Shown here: positions 50,765 to 62,977 of the stretch, in pieces
How the letters are laid out: the number at the start of each line of letters is the position of its first letter
How positions within the stretch are numbered: position 1 is the first letter of the stretch
Assembly: GCA_963575745.1 (NCBI GenBank)
Contig: CAUYUJ010000281.1
Span: forward strand, 124,001-188,000
Direction of reading: 5' to 3'
Length of the DNA: 64,000 nt
Source of the DNA: Prorocentrum cordatum
Taxonomy: Eukaryota
Notes under the pieces: model-generated
The model's database searches: none
What the model was told of the DNA's origin: nothing
What the model saw: only the letters and a program-made list of their open reading frames with translations
Translations under genes and position numbers: made by a program

Positions 50765-51240
50765 CACTTGAGATTTATACAGACGGATCTGGCGGCGGCA
50801 GCATGTATCCACCAGGTGCCAGCGTCCCCGAAGGAGCTCCTCGCACGGGTCCCCCCAGTTGGGCGCTCGTGGTTCCGGTTACCGACTCCACGGGGGACCA
50901 GGCTCTATTGGGTTACGCTGCGCAGAGCTTTGATCCTGGAGGTATTTCGAACTACCTGGTTTCGTTCCTGGCTGAGATTCTCGCCGCTCGATGGGCTCTC
51001 GCTTGGGTCCTTCAATATGGGCATGTTCCCCTGGCCATATCAGTCTTTGGGGGCAATCTGGGAGCCTTGGACGTTATGCGAGCGGGAGCCATCTATGGAG
51101 CTCTGGAGGCCCATCGCCGCGTGCTCAACGGCTTGCCTCTCCTAGTCCAGGCTCGTTTCCATCGGTTTTCGGTGTCGCATATTGCAGGACACTCAGCGCA
51201 GCCATGGAATGAGCTCGCCGATACCCTGTGCAGAGATGTT
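50765..51240 (+). pseudogene. ORF2 RNase H domain (N-terminal position)
   Basis: LEIYTDGS...SWALVV...LAEILAARWAL...HIAGHSAQPWNELADTLC; in-frame TGA at 50749 just upstream. Confidence 0.85.
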
Positions 51241-51518
51241 TCACTCCAGTATCTAGCGCCCACGGCCCTCCCAGATCAATGGCAGGAGGCTTGCCGGATG
51301 GACATGTGCAGTTTAGCATGGGCTTGGCTGGGCGCACAACCCATCTCCGTAAGAGCGCAATACCCACCAGCAGCAGGATATCACTTACACGACAGTTATC
51401 CTGCGTTTTTTTTTTTGTTTTTCATCAGCTTGCAGATCTTCAGCCGCAGCCCAGGGGACCTGGCGCGGATGAGAGGCCAGGCGATGATGCTTGTATGGGC
51501 CCCACTACCAGGTCCACG

Positions 51519-52310
51519 CGCATGATTACGGCCAACGTTCTCACTTTGGACCCCAAGGCCGCACGACAGAAACGAGTTTCAGGACTTTACCTCCCTGGGC
51601 GTATGGCGTATCTGGCTTCTGTCTTCAAGCGGTCCCAGGTTTCCTTGGCGGGCACTAATGAAACGCGCTACCCCAGGAACGGGTGCACCAACACGGGGGA
51701 ATGCCTCGTCTTACACGCCGGAGCTGATCCGCATCGCCGCTTTGGTTGTTCTCTCTGGGTCAACCTGAGGCTGACATACGCAGACGGCTGCCGCTTAACT
51801 GCCAAGCAATGCCGAGTACTGCACGCCAGCCCGAGGTTATTAGTGGTTGCTATTCGAGCTGACGCTCTCCGCTGCAACGTTGTAGTGGGCCATGGGCCAC
51901 GCAGCGTTACCCAGGCGACGAAGCTGCAGCAATGGTGGTCTGAGACGGGACAGCTCTTGGACAAGCTCCTGGATCCTAGCATACCTGAGGTTCACTTTTG
52001 GGACTCCAACGGTACCGTGGGCTCTGTCGCGTCGTCTAGTGTAGGCAGCGTCCACGAGGCCCCCGAGAACAAGACTGGATCGCTCTTTCACGAGATGCTA
52101 CTCGAAAGGTCGCTCTGGGCCCCCTCCACCTCCCTCCCCTCCTCAGGCCCCCGTTGCGCCACTTGGTATTCACCGCAGCGCCAGGAGGGGAAGAAAGGAC
52201 GGCGCATCGATTACGTGGTCTCTGTTCACACTCGGTTGCCGTTCAGGACGCTCGGGTGGCGCACGATATAGAGCTGGCCATCACCATCACCGATCATAAG
52301 GCAGTCTCGA
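51519..52310 (+). pseudogene. ORF2 AP-like (EEP) endonuclease domain
   Basis: MITANVLTL, NETR, GHGP, WDSNG, RIDYV and, after a frameshift, TDHKAV. Confidence 0.88.
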
Positions 52311-53399
52311 TCATGGCTAAGATACCCATGCAGCAGCAGAGTCCAGCGCAGTATGCTTACCCACGCATCAAGTGCGACGAATCTCTGTTTTTGCGACACG
52401 AAGGCGCGGCAACGCTTTCAATATTTGCTTTTGCACGCGCCGCAGCCGGAGTTTTAAGTTCATACTGCTGATCATTGCCAGCAACTTACTACCTACTTGC
52501 AGGATGCTATCGCCACCGCCTTTCCCCCAAGAAGAAGGATAAAGGACGTGAGCCTAGGCAGGCTCGGGTGTCTATCCAGGCTCTTGAGCACATGGACACC
52601 AGAGCGGGGATCCTCAGGCACTTTCGCGACACCTACAAGTCCTGGAAGAGAGCCGCCCTGGCCACCGTATTTCGAGCCTGGGCTGCACCACTTGGGGGTC
52701 CTTGGTTTTCTTATAGACAGCTGTCCTGGCGCTTCGCGCAACACCCGCTAGATTCTGGAGCTCGGAGATGGCATCAGTACATTGGGGAGGCTATCAAAAG
52801 CGCTGCTCAGGGTCTATCTGGGATTCAGAAGCTCCTGGTCGAGTTGGAGGCTTACCCGGGGGCTCACAAAGTTTCCAGGCCACGGCCTGACAGACTCCAG
52901 AGTTTCGAACTCACGGGGCTTAGCGAAACCATCGCACAGGGTAACTGCACGATCACCATCAATGCGCTTGCTGCTGGTGCCAAGGTCGTCCGGGCCATGC
53001 GTCACACCAGCCTCTTTTTGTCGACCAAAGTGGTCAACCTGCAGCTCAGAGCCGACTCGCGCATGCACGCACAAGAGATTGCCAAAGATGTATCCAGCGA
53101 ATGGTCGACGAGGCGGGGCCACCTCCAGGCTTTTCGCAGGCTCAGGTCCATCGGGGCAGGCTCCAAGAAGAAGGTTCGGCATCGAGTTTTACCCATTCTC
53201 AGCGGTTTCGACGAACATCCACTCGACTCGGAACGAGCTGTAGCCGATATGTGGACACAACACTTCGCCCTCATCGAAGCTGGTCCAGTCATCCCGTTCT
53301 CGGACCTGGCCTGGCGCAGCTCAGGGATCCAGGAGTTGCCCCAGGAGCTTCTCGATCGCATCGCGTTCGCCCGGAGGATCTCTACACCATGGCGCAGGT

Positions 53400-54600
53400 G
53401 TTGCATGCTTTGCGTTCAGCTAAGCCGCCGGCCGCAGGGCCAGACGGTATCACGGGCAACATGGTCCGCAAGCTCGCTGGCGAGCTTGCTCCGCTGCTGC
53501 TGCCATTGTTCCTAAAGGCCCAGGTCTGCATCTCGGAGCCTATCCAGTGGAAAGGTGGTGTTTACTGGCCCCTGCACAAAAAAAGGCAGTCCAGCTTCGC
53601 GTCTCAAATACCGATCCATCCTTGGGTCTTCTCAGCTCGGGAAACGTTTTCGAAGTCTGCTGCGACGAGATGTGGCGCCCCTTTTGCAGCCGCTGGCGGG
53701 CCCCCGTCAGTGTGGAGGAGTGGCTCATGGAGGCGCGGACTTTGCAGCACTGGAAGTGCGCACCATGCAGGAGATCGGCCACCGGTCGGGGCAGTCCGCG
53801 CTGTTTATCCCTACTGATGCAGTGCAGGCATTTTATAGATCGGCCAGGGAGCTAGTCTTCGAGACAGGTGCTTCAGACGAGGTGCTGGCCCACATCCTCA
53901 AACTTGCTGGGCTTCCACCGGAGGCCATGGATGAACTCGAGGCGTGCATCAAGGCCCATGGGCCCATCATGGGGGCTCCGCAGTTCCCCAAGAGGCTTCG
54001 CGCGCAGGTGGCGGACTGCTATCAGTCCAACTGGTTTGTGGTCCCAGGGAGCTCCACCATGGCTTCTCCTCAAGAGGGAACGGGACCTGGCCAACAACTG
54101 GGGGGCCTGGTGTACAATTTCGTCATGGCCTTCGTGGCCAAAGAAGCCCAGGACGCGCTGGTTGATCTTGGGATTGAGTTACGCATTCCTGTCTCGGAGG
54201 CCCGCTCTTAGCACGTGCCTGGACCAGAACACGCAACATGTGCATACCGACCATTCTTTGGACATGGCTTTTTTTCGACGATGAGATGTTCATGCTCCTA
54301 GGAAGCCCGTCCTTCCTACTACGGCTTGCGCCGTTTGCCGCCAGCATCATCTTCGACGCGTTCGGGTCCAGGGGTATTCAGCTTCATACCGCCAAGGGGA
54401 AAGCTGCTGCCCTATTCCAGCTACGCGGTAAAGGATCAGACATCGCGAAACGCCGTCTCTGGTTGCAGTGGGGTGGTACCATTCGGTTCGTCACTAGGCT
54501 CTACGGCCACATCGACCTACATGCAGTCAGACAATGTACCCACCTCGGAACTGTGCTCGACGAAGGTTGTTCTTTAGGACCCGAGCTAGCGCATCGCCGT
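53400..54600 (+). pseudogene. ORF2 reverse transcriptase domain
   Basis: AAGPDGI, PIQWKGG, YRSIL, QCGG, DAVQAFY, GTGPGQQLGGLVYNF, FFDD, HLG; frameshifted. Confidence 0.85.
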
Positions 54601-55284
54601 CAAGCTACAGTTTCTGAATGGAAGAAGCTTCGTAGCGTCGTAAGATATCCTCACCTCGAGAATCGTATCGGCATGATGTTGATTGATTCTCTTATGTGTT
54701 CGAGCTGGCTGTACCAGGCATGCACTTGGCCGGCTTTAACGCTGGCGCAGTCGGCCCAGCTGGCCGACGATATTGTTCGCATGTACAGAGCGGTCCTCCA
54801 CTGCCCGAGGGTTGACAAGACCGCGCTGTCATCAGCGCAGATCCTTGCCAAAGTTGCCAAGCCAGATTTGAACTCCATGCTGCGGGTGCACAGGCTGAGA
54901 CTTTTTGGACGGCTCCTGCATCATGGGCCAGCACATATTTTGGCTCTAGTGGGATATTGCGCTACCCTGGGCACTAACTCGTGGTTACACCAGGTCATCC
55001 GAGATCTAAAATGGGTCCGTCAGCACCACTACCGCCTGAAGGAGCTCCCCAAGGCCACCGAAGATCTCGCAGCTTGGGAATATTGCATCCTAGGTTCTGA
55101 GGCTCGCTGGAAGGTCTCCCTCAAGGTTGCCCTGCAGGCCCACATTTCGCATCATGCTAGAATTACTCTTGCCGCTGTCGCGGAGGCCGAAACTTTTCAG
55201 GTATTATACGATGCAGGTGTTCCGAAGGCCTTTACAGATCCCAGCCACCCCCTGATGGGTCCAAGACCAAGCCACCATGCCATC

Positions 55285-55460
55285 GTACACGTGTCTGTGG
55301 TGCCCGGAGAAGTTCGACACCATGAAGGGGTTCAAGCAGCGCACGGCCCGCGAGCATTGGACGTTCATATATAGAGTACGCACACATCTAGGACACACCA
55401 AGCAATGTCAGCACTGTCAGACTACGTTCGCAGCACGAAAGCCGTTAATTGAACATCTTG
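55285..55460 (+). pseudogene. ORF2 tandem C2H2-like zinc fingers
   Basis: YTCLWCPEKFDTMKGFKQRTAREH and QCQHCQTTFAARKPLIEHL. Confidence 0.7.
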
Positions 55461-55892
55461 CTTTCTCGTCACCGAAGTACGCGCTTGCCATGCTCAGCAC
55501 GCCCTCCGATTGTTCCTACGACCAGGTAGAGAAGCTCAACGAAGAAGCTGCCAACACTGCGGCACAGAAAAGAGCAGCTGGCCTTGGTCGATGGCGCCCA
55601 GAGGTCCCAGCTATCCAGGTGCGAGGACGTGCCCGAGCCCGTGCTGTCCAGATTCGGTTCGCACGTGATGTGGTCGCGCTACTGTCCGACTCTGAGGCCA
55701 GCGAAGTTCTGCTGCGTTCTGATTGGGTTTTTTTTTTCCGAGGAGGCGGCCACGCAATATTTAGCTTTGTCGGGGGTGGCGGCCCCTGCGGTCCAAAGCG
55801 ACGGTCTTGACGACCGCTACTGGCCCTTTCGGCCCCAGGACTATGCCCAAACCGCGGCCGATCCCCTCCCCGTCAGAACTTGCAGAGCCCAG

Positions 55893-56655
55893 TTTTTTAT
55901 GCTTAACCTGTTCTGTGGGAAACGCAGAAGCGGTGATGTGCAGTGGCATCTCTCCTCGTCGCATCCCCTCCCGGAGTGCGAAATCTTCTGCCTCTCGATC
56001 GATATTGCGATCGATAATGAGCGAGGCGATTTAACTCAGCACGGCTCTATCAGGTTTTGGATTGGTCACATTCGTGACCGACGGGTGCTCAACACAAGGG
56101 GGGGGCCCCCCTGTGAGACTTGGAGCGCTGCTCGCTGGCAAGAAGGGCCCCCCCCCTCTCCGCACCCTAGACGATTTCTGGGGAGTCCCAGGCTGCACGC
56201 CCAGGCAACAGGACCAACTCCGCATAGGAGGTCAGCTCCTCCAGGCCTTAGTTCTTATGCTGCGCGAACACATGCGTGCTGGGACTGGTGGGTGGATGGA
56301 ACATCCTATCCCAGCCACCTGGGTGCCTGATGCCCCCTCCTCCTGGCGTTGGCCCCCGCTCATTGCCCTCGTTTCCTCCCCCGTTTCCAGCATGACTGAC
56401 TTTGATCAGTGCGAACATCACCCGGCCACTACTGACATGTCTCAGATAGGTCGGGCCCCTACCCGAATCTTTGGAATTCGAATGCCCTCTGCTCCCTGAG
56501 GCTCTGACGAACACGCCTGGAGCGGGGCGATGTTCCCACGGCAAAGGGGCCCATCTCACTCCGCTAGGCAGGAAAGGTGATGGATCATGGCGAACTCAGG
56601 CCAAGAAGACGTATCCTAGTCACCTCTGCCACGCGATTGCGAAGTCAATTTTGGA
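55893..56655 (+). pseudogene. ORF2 C-terminal cytosine-5 DNA methyltransferase domain
   Basis: Motif I LNLFCG, II/III SIDIAID..GDLT, catalytic motif IV GGPPCETWS, VI MEHP, then DQC..APT and KTYPSHLC; two frame changes. Confidence 0.85.
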
Positions 56656-57947
56656 TAGCGCTCAGCAGATAGTGGCACCAGCCAATGAAGCAGACTTTGT
56701 CTTTGAATTCGAGGAGTCAGGCATTACAGATAGTCTCATGCGTTTCTACGTTCCATGGACCCCTGACTGTGATCAAGATTTCGCCCTGGCCCCCGACTTT
56801 GCTGGAGGCCACAAGCGTTCTCGTCGCACGGTCGATCCTGAATTCCACAGGTTTTATCCTGAGTCCGAGGGGGATGGAGTTTTCCTGACCCTCCCTCAAG
56901 AGGATCAAGATCCCAAGGACCAGAAAAGGCTCTTCGGTTCCCCTCAGAGCCAGTCGGTTTCGACGGCTCGGTGGGCCTTGGAGGTCTCCCCTCTTGTCCC
57001 TTCCCCTCCTCCCCCCCCCCCCCGCCCCTCCTTCTCACCGAAGAGCAGCGATCTTTGATCGCCCACAACCGTGCGCAGGCCAGGGTGCGCCGCTCTGTCC
57101 GAGCCCAGGCCACCGCCCGTGCCGCCCACGAGGCCAGAGCCCCGTGGACTGCCCAAGGAGGGCAGCTCCTCATCAAAGACCTGTTCATGCAGGACTAGGG
57201 TGGAGGAGCGCCTTTCTTCTCTTTTGTTCTCTCTGCTGTCTCTCGATGTTAGGTCGCTTTATTTATGAGAGTTTTCCTGAATAAGAATTGCTACAGTTAC
57301 AGAAACGTCGGAGCACACTCATGGTCATGCCCCTCGTCGCACACACACTTCCTTATCGTTGTCAATCCTATTTCCCTCCTCCTCGTCCTCCCCGGCCGTC
57401 CTTTACCAGTTTCTCCCACCCGTCCAATTATGTCACCACCCTGCCCCCTCCTGGAATGCGCAGCATCGTAAAAACAAAAGTCGACAGGAGCCCTGGACCC
57501 CATCCTTCCGAGGTATCCCCAAAACAGCATCGATCCTTCAGGGCCCCCATTGGCCTGAGACAAAGCAGCGCAGCCCCGCTCTGGCAAAAAGGCGACGTCA
57601 GGACTTCACCTCAGGGCCCTCAGAGACGACGGCCTTCAGAGACTTCCTCGTCCTTCAGGGACATCCTCCTCATCCTCCTCCTCCTCCTCCTCCTCCTCCC
57701 CCTCCGTTTCCTCCTCCTCCTCCTCCTCCTCCTCCTCCTCCTCTCCTCCTCCTTCCCCCCCCTCCTCCCCCTCCTCTCTCCTCTTCCTCCTCCTCTTTCC
57801 CCTCCTCCTCCTCCTCCTCCTCCTCCTTCCTCCTCCTCCTCCTCCTCCCTCCTCCTCCTCCCCCTCCCCCTCCCCCTCCTCCTCCTCCTCCCGGCGACAG
57901 CGGCGACGGCGGAGCACGACGGCGACCTGCCACGGGGCGCGCCGATC

Positions 57948-58019
57948 CCCGATCTTCTCGCCGCTGCGGTAGCCGCGGAACCCTCGGAGGGCCTTGCTGA
58001 CCACGGGCTGCAGCACGTC
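57948..58019 (-). CDS. HD-like host gene, exon 3: DVLQPVVSKALRGFRGYRSGEKIG
   Basis: CAG acceptor, GA donor, 72 nt; joins DHD in frame. Confidence 0.72.
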
Positions 58020-58625
58020 CTGCCCCGCGCGCCGCCTCTGTGGGCCCCCCAGCCTCTCCCCCCCGGGGGGGGGGGGGGGGCAGGGAGGGAGGGATGGGGA
58101 GGGAGGGAGGGAGGGGGGGGTGGAGGGAGTGGGGGGGGGAGGGAGGGGAAGGCAGGGGGATGACGACAATGACGAGGAGGAGGAGAGGGGAGTGAGGGTC
58201 GGAGGGAGAGAGGGAGGAGGGAGGGAGGGGGATGATAAGGAAGAGGAGGAGGAGGAGGAGGAGGAGGCGGAGGAGGAAGCGGAGGAGGAGGAGGGGGAGG
58301 AGGAGGAAGAGGAGGAGGGGGAGGGGGAGGAGGAGGAGGAGGAGGAGGAGGAGGAGGAGGAGGAGGAGGAGGAGGAGGAGGAGGAGGAGGATCGACGAGG
58401 GGGAACATCGTCAGGAGGGGAGCGGGGCGGGCCAGCAACGGGTGCGGCTACACGCGGTGGACCACCATAGGGCCCTCCCAGCCCACATGCGGACGCTTCC
58501 GCATGAAGCGAGCCTCGTGGCTGGGACCAGTGGCGAAACGTAGAGATGCAGCGCATGCGAGGTCTCAGGGCGGCGGCGGCGGCGGCGGCGACAACAACGA
58601 CGACGACAACGACGACGACGGCGAG

Positions 58626-58663
<38 letters not shown>

Positions 58664-58791
58664 GGACGACCACCACGACGACTACCACACCACGACAACG
58701 ACGACGACGCCGACGCCGACGACGACGACGATGACGACCGAGTCCCTGGCATGCCCCGCCATCTCTGGCACGCTACTTCTCCCGACCCCTC

Positions 58792-58840
58792 CAGCTTCAT
58801 GATATCGTGGATGGTCATGAGGACGAGGATCGCGAGTGTC
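58792..58840 (-). CDS. HD-like host gene, exon 2: (R)TLAILVLMTIHDIMKL
   Basis: CAG acceptor, GA donor; contains the HD dyad after a hydrophobic helix. Confidence 0.72.
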
Positions 58841-60342
58841 CTGACGCCCAAGAGTGGGAAAGGGGAAAGCAGCCTCGTCGGTCTCTTCCTCCATCTCTTC
58901 CTCCTCTCTCCCCTTCCCTCCCGCATCCCTTCGCCCCCCTCCCACCCCTCCCCCTCCTCCACCACAATCCCTGTTATAGATAAGTTCCTCCCGTCCGACC
59001 GCCAGACGTGACTGTAGGGCGGGCCAGGCAGTTCGCCGAACGCTTCCCAGATCATTATCTCGCAGCTTGGAACTTCCAAAAAACTACACGGCTGGAGAGG
59101 GCGCGCCGTTTTCACCATGTGGCTCTCGCTTCCGCGCCGCGCATACTCGGCATGCTTGTTTTTTTTTCCGAAAGTTGCATGGACGGAAGGGGTCATTTCA
59201 AAAAGGTGGTTGCTGTTGCAGCGGCGCGCACATGTGTCATGCAATATTCCAACAGCTACGTTGGTGGAGAGGGGTGTTCCCAACATGTGGTTCTCGCCTC
59301 AGCGCTGCGCACATTCGATTGAACCGCTTCCAGCATTGTCACTATTGGCGGGGGCCCTGTTTCCAATGTGGCTCTCGCCTCAGTCTCACAACAAGTACAG
59401 GGATGGCCATCATTATGGAAATGCGGCAATCGCTCATCGCCATGGCGCCACGAACATTCGCCTGTCAAGTCTTGCAACGCTCGCACGTCACACTGCTGGG
59501 GTGCGTTTTCAAAAGGCGGCTCCAGCCGCAGCGCCGCGCACATTCATCGTAATTAACATCTTCGAACTGCTACACGGATTGGACGGTGCCGTTGACAAAA
59601 CAACTTTCGCTGAAAGACTTCCTGAACCCTTCTGGTCAAAATCAAAAGAATGTCCGACCACCGTACGGATGGAGGGCGGCTCCTTATCAAACCAGGGCTC
59701 TCGATAGAGTCCCTTCAGTTTCACAGCCGGGCTGCTAGTATGGAAGACAAATTGCACGGATTGGAGGGCGGCTCTTTTTCAAAGCGGGCCTTCGCTGGAT
59801 ACCTTCCCGGGCTGTCTGATCCCACGTGACGGCGCGCACAATGGGGTATGGTGGATGGGGGAAGCTTATTAGAACTGAGGCTGCTTCTTAGAAGGCGCCG
59901 GCCTCACATCTACTCATCAGTCCCGCGATTTCTACGAAGAATGGGTGCTTCAAAGAAGCCTTCACCCTCCCCCTACGGCCGGACTTCAGAGAGAAGGACA
60001 TCCGTCAAGAGCACGAGACCCTCCGCCAGCCAAAACAGCCCAAACCATCAGATCCACTCGATCGACTCGAGGGCTCCCTCGCCCCAGGATGCACGAGAAC
60101 ATCCAACAAGCACGAAGGACATGAGGGTACCTCCCCGAACCGACCTCGATCTTACACCTCGGTCCGACCGTAACCCCCTCCTGCTCCTCTTTGGAGTCCC
60201 GAAACGGTGCGGTGACAGACCGTGCGGTGACCTCGAAATCCCTCAATGAGACCTCACCGCACGGTCCGTCACCGCACGGTCTTGGGACCCCGGAGGCCCC
60301 TGCCGCCCGAGACATCCTCGGAGAACGACCCGAGCCCCAAAA

Positions 60343-60618
60343 CCGTGCGGTGACCCCGAATTTGGGCGCCCGAGTAACCCGGGGTAGCTCGGGTCCGGGG
60401 TAACTCGGGCCCGGATTCCCGAAACAGGAACCCGAGTTGACCCTGACCCGAGTTACCCCTGACGATGTGGGGCTCTGGACGCCCGAGTTATCCGGGGTAG
60501 CTCGGGTCCGGGGCAACTCGGGTTCGGATTCCCGAACAACGAACCCGAGTTAACCCTGACGCGAGTTACCCCTGATGATTCGGGGCTCTGACGAATCCCC
60601 ACCGACTCACCGCACGGT
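60343..60618. repeat. Inverted-repeat-bounded ~112-bp tandem duplication
   Basis: ACCGTGCGGTGA / TCACCGCACGGT ends; two CCCGAGT.A.CCGGGGTAGCTCGGGTCCGGGG units. Confidence 0.7.
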
Positions 60619-60987
60619 GTGGTCACCACCCCGATTGGGGGCCCCCGAGCCTCTGCGCGTGGCTTGCCTGCTTTAAAACAGGGCTAGCATCGGGATAAAT
60701 CGCTCCAGAGCGTTCCGGAGCGCTCTCAGAGCGCTCCGGAACGCTCTGGAGCGGCCGCGGCGCCCAATACATCCTCCAAACCCGCCGATTCTCAGAGATT
60801 TCGAGTCATCCAGGGCCGATTTTGCCCAGATCTTCGTGTCGTTTTGTGTGGTCACCACCCCGATTGGGGGCCCCCGAGCCTCTGCGCGTGGCTCACCGGG
60901 CCTCGCCGCCGTCCGGAACAAAGCCACCCTTCGAGGCCGGCCCCACCCGCGCCACCGCGCGTGCTCCTTCCGTGGGAGTGCACACAC

Positions 60988-61204
60988 TAGGAAGCCTTTT
61001 GTAGAGGCTTCCAATAGGAATCCTTTTGTAGAGGCCCTCAATAGGAATCCTTTTGTAGAGGCTCTCAAAGAGGAATCCTTGTGTTGACGCTCTCAACAGG
61101 CATCCTTATTTAGAGGCTCTCAATCGGAATCCTTTTGCATTGGCGTTCAATCGGAATCCCCCTGAATTGGCTTCCAAGATGAATCCTACTGTAGAGGCTC
61201 TCAG
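60988..61204. repeat. 27-bp minisatellite, ~8 units
   Basis: TAGGAATCCTTTTGTAGAGGCTCTCAA head to tail, decaying rightwards. Confidence 0.85.
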
Positions 61205-62138
61205 CTGGAAGATACCAGACTCCCCCAGCAAGCGGGCTTCCCCAAAAAGTTTCGCGCGGCGCCCTGGACGAAGCCAGGACGAGGGTACAAAACCGGGTGA
61301 GGACAGATCGGGGACCCCCGAGATCCGGCGGCTCTGGAGAAGGCTTCGGGCGCCGCGGCCCCCTCAGAGCGTTCCGGAACGGAGTCTCCTCGTCCTAGCC
61401 CCCTTCCGACCCTGGCCGCCCAGAAGCCTCAGCGTCTCCTCGGGCCGAATTCCACGCAACATGAGTTGAGTTTTAGATGTGCACGCGGGGCTGGTCCCCC
61501 GGGAAGTCCCCGTCCTCTCCTCCCTCCCACTCTTCCTCCCTCCGCGGCCCGCCCTCGTCCTCCTCCTCTCTCTCCCTCCTCCCTCGTCGCTCCCGCGCGC
61601 GTGGGAGGACGCCGCCTATAAGCCAAGCGAGACTTGGAGCGCGCTGGCGGTACGGCGCTCACGCCCTGGCCCCGCGCACGGCCATGTCGCCGTGGTCACT
61701 CGTCTTTGCTGCTCGGGCCCCGAGGCCGCCACGGGCCCCGCCGACGGCCCCATGGAGGTTCCCGAAGGCCTCCAGCTACACACAGGAAGCCGGCCGCGGG
61801 CAGGCCGACAACCCAGGGAGAGCCTCCGGAGACCTCGGGCTACGCAGGAAGCCCGCCGATGGCCGCCGCATCCTCCTCCTCCTCCTCCTGCTCTCCCTCC
61901 TCCTCCTCCTCCTCCTCCTCCTCCTCTCCCTTCTCCTCCTCCTCCTCCTCCTCCTCCTGCTCCTCCTCCTCCTCCTCCTCCTCCTCCTCCTCCTCCTCCT
62001 CCTCCTCCTCCTCCTGCTCCTCTCTCTTCTTCCTACTCCTCCTCCTCCCCCTCCTCGTGACCCCCCCCTCCCAAGGGGAGGAGGGAGCAGCCCGCGAGCG
62101 AAAGGACGGCCCAGGCAGGAGGGGGGGTGGGGCGCGTC

Positions 62139-62197
62139 CTCTCGGGGTCGTGCGGCCCTCCGGGCTGCTGCAGAAGACCAGCCTGCACAACGAGGTC
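62139..62197 (-). CDS. HD-like host gene, first exon seen: DLVVQAGLLQQPGGPHDPE(R)
   Basis: GA donor; phase-2 join with 58840 gives PERTLAILV; 5' boundary uncertain. Confidence 0.6.
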
Positions 62198-62896
62198 CTC
62201 GGGTCGGGCGCGCCATTTGACCACACTCAAGGGGCCCAAGGAGACACACACACACACACACACACATAAATACATACAAATAGCGAAATCCCCAATATTT
62301 TCCAATATTCTTTAATTTTTTTGTCTTTCCCCCACTTCCCATACTTTCCTATATTTTCTGGGGAATCGACGATTAATTGTGTCTGTATGTTTTTTCCCGT
62401 CCTGACATACGTACGGGCGATAGTGACCTCTGGTGCGCGGCTTTTGGGGGCCGGCGGGGGGACAAAACGCGAGCGCGCAAGACGCTGCTGCCGCAGGGCG
62501 TTCGGCGATTGGGGGGCCCCATTGCGGTCCGGCGAAAGTTCACTGGAACGTCTAGTCGAGCCATCACTGTGGTCGTGGTCGCGACCAGAGATCCAGCGTG
62601 GTGAAAAGATCAAGACGGAGGTTCTTCGCCGATTCCGGCCTCTATAGGAGGCCCTCGCTGGGCCAAGGGGCCGTCAACAAAACCAGTCAGGATGAAAAAA
62701 ACCGTTCCTGGGGAACGAGTCGAGACTTCCGGGGACTCCGTATCGAACAAATCATTCCATCGCATATCTGGGTGATCGTCGTGGTCGTGGTCGTGGTCGG
62801 TTTCGTCGTCGTGGTCGTCGTCGTCGTCGTCGTCGTCGCCCTGCGCGCACCGAGCGCCCTTTTCTGCGCAGCGGAAGGCCCCACCAGCAGCGCCTC

Positions 62897-62977
62897 TCAC
62901 GCTGCCGGCGCCCTCGGTTGGCGCGCGCCGAAGATCAGCGACCCGACGCGCACGGAGGTGGACCCTCGCTGGATGGC
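62897..62977 (-). CDS. PLPBP: Pyridoxal phosphate homeostasis protein (YggS/PROSC), last exon AIQRGSTSVRVGSLIFGARQPRAPAA*
   Basis: GST.VRVGS.IFG.R family signature; AG acceptor; TGA at 62897-62899. Confidence 0.9.
   Translation of the reverse strand, partial: AIQRGSTSVRVGSLIFGARQPRAPAA

Larger units (their letters stand above)
48491..57347 (+). mobile_element. Full-length, degenerate non-LTR retrotransposon encoding a cytosine-5 DNA methyltransferase (LINE-DNMT)
   Basis: Perfect 11-bp TSD CTTCCTTATCG (48480-48490, 57348-57358); (CA)n 3' tail; ORF1 plus multi-domain ORF2 with several frameshifts and stops. Confidence 0.92.

Noticed and set aside
60988..61204. 27-bp repeats as a CRISPR array
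   Set aside because: Head-to-tail units with no spacers, no cas genes, eukaryotic context
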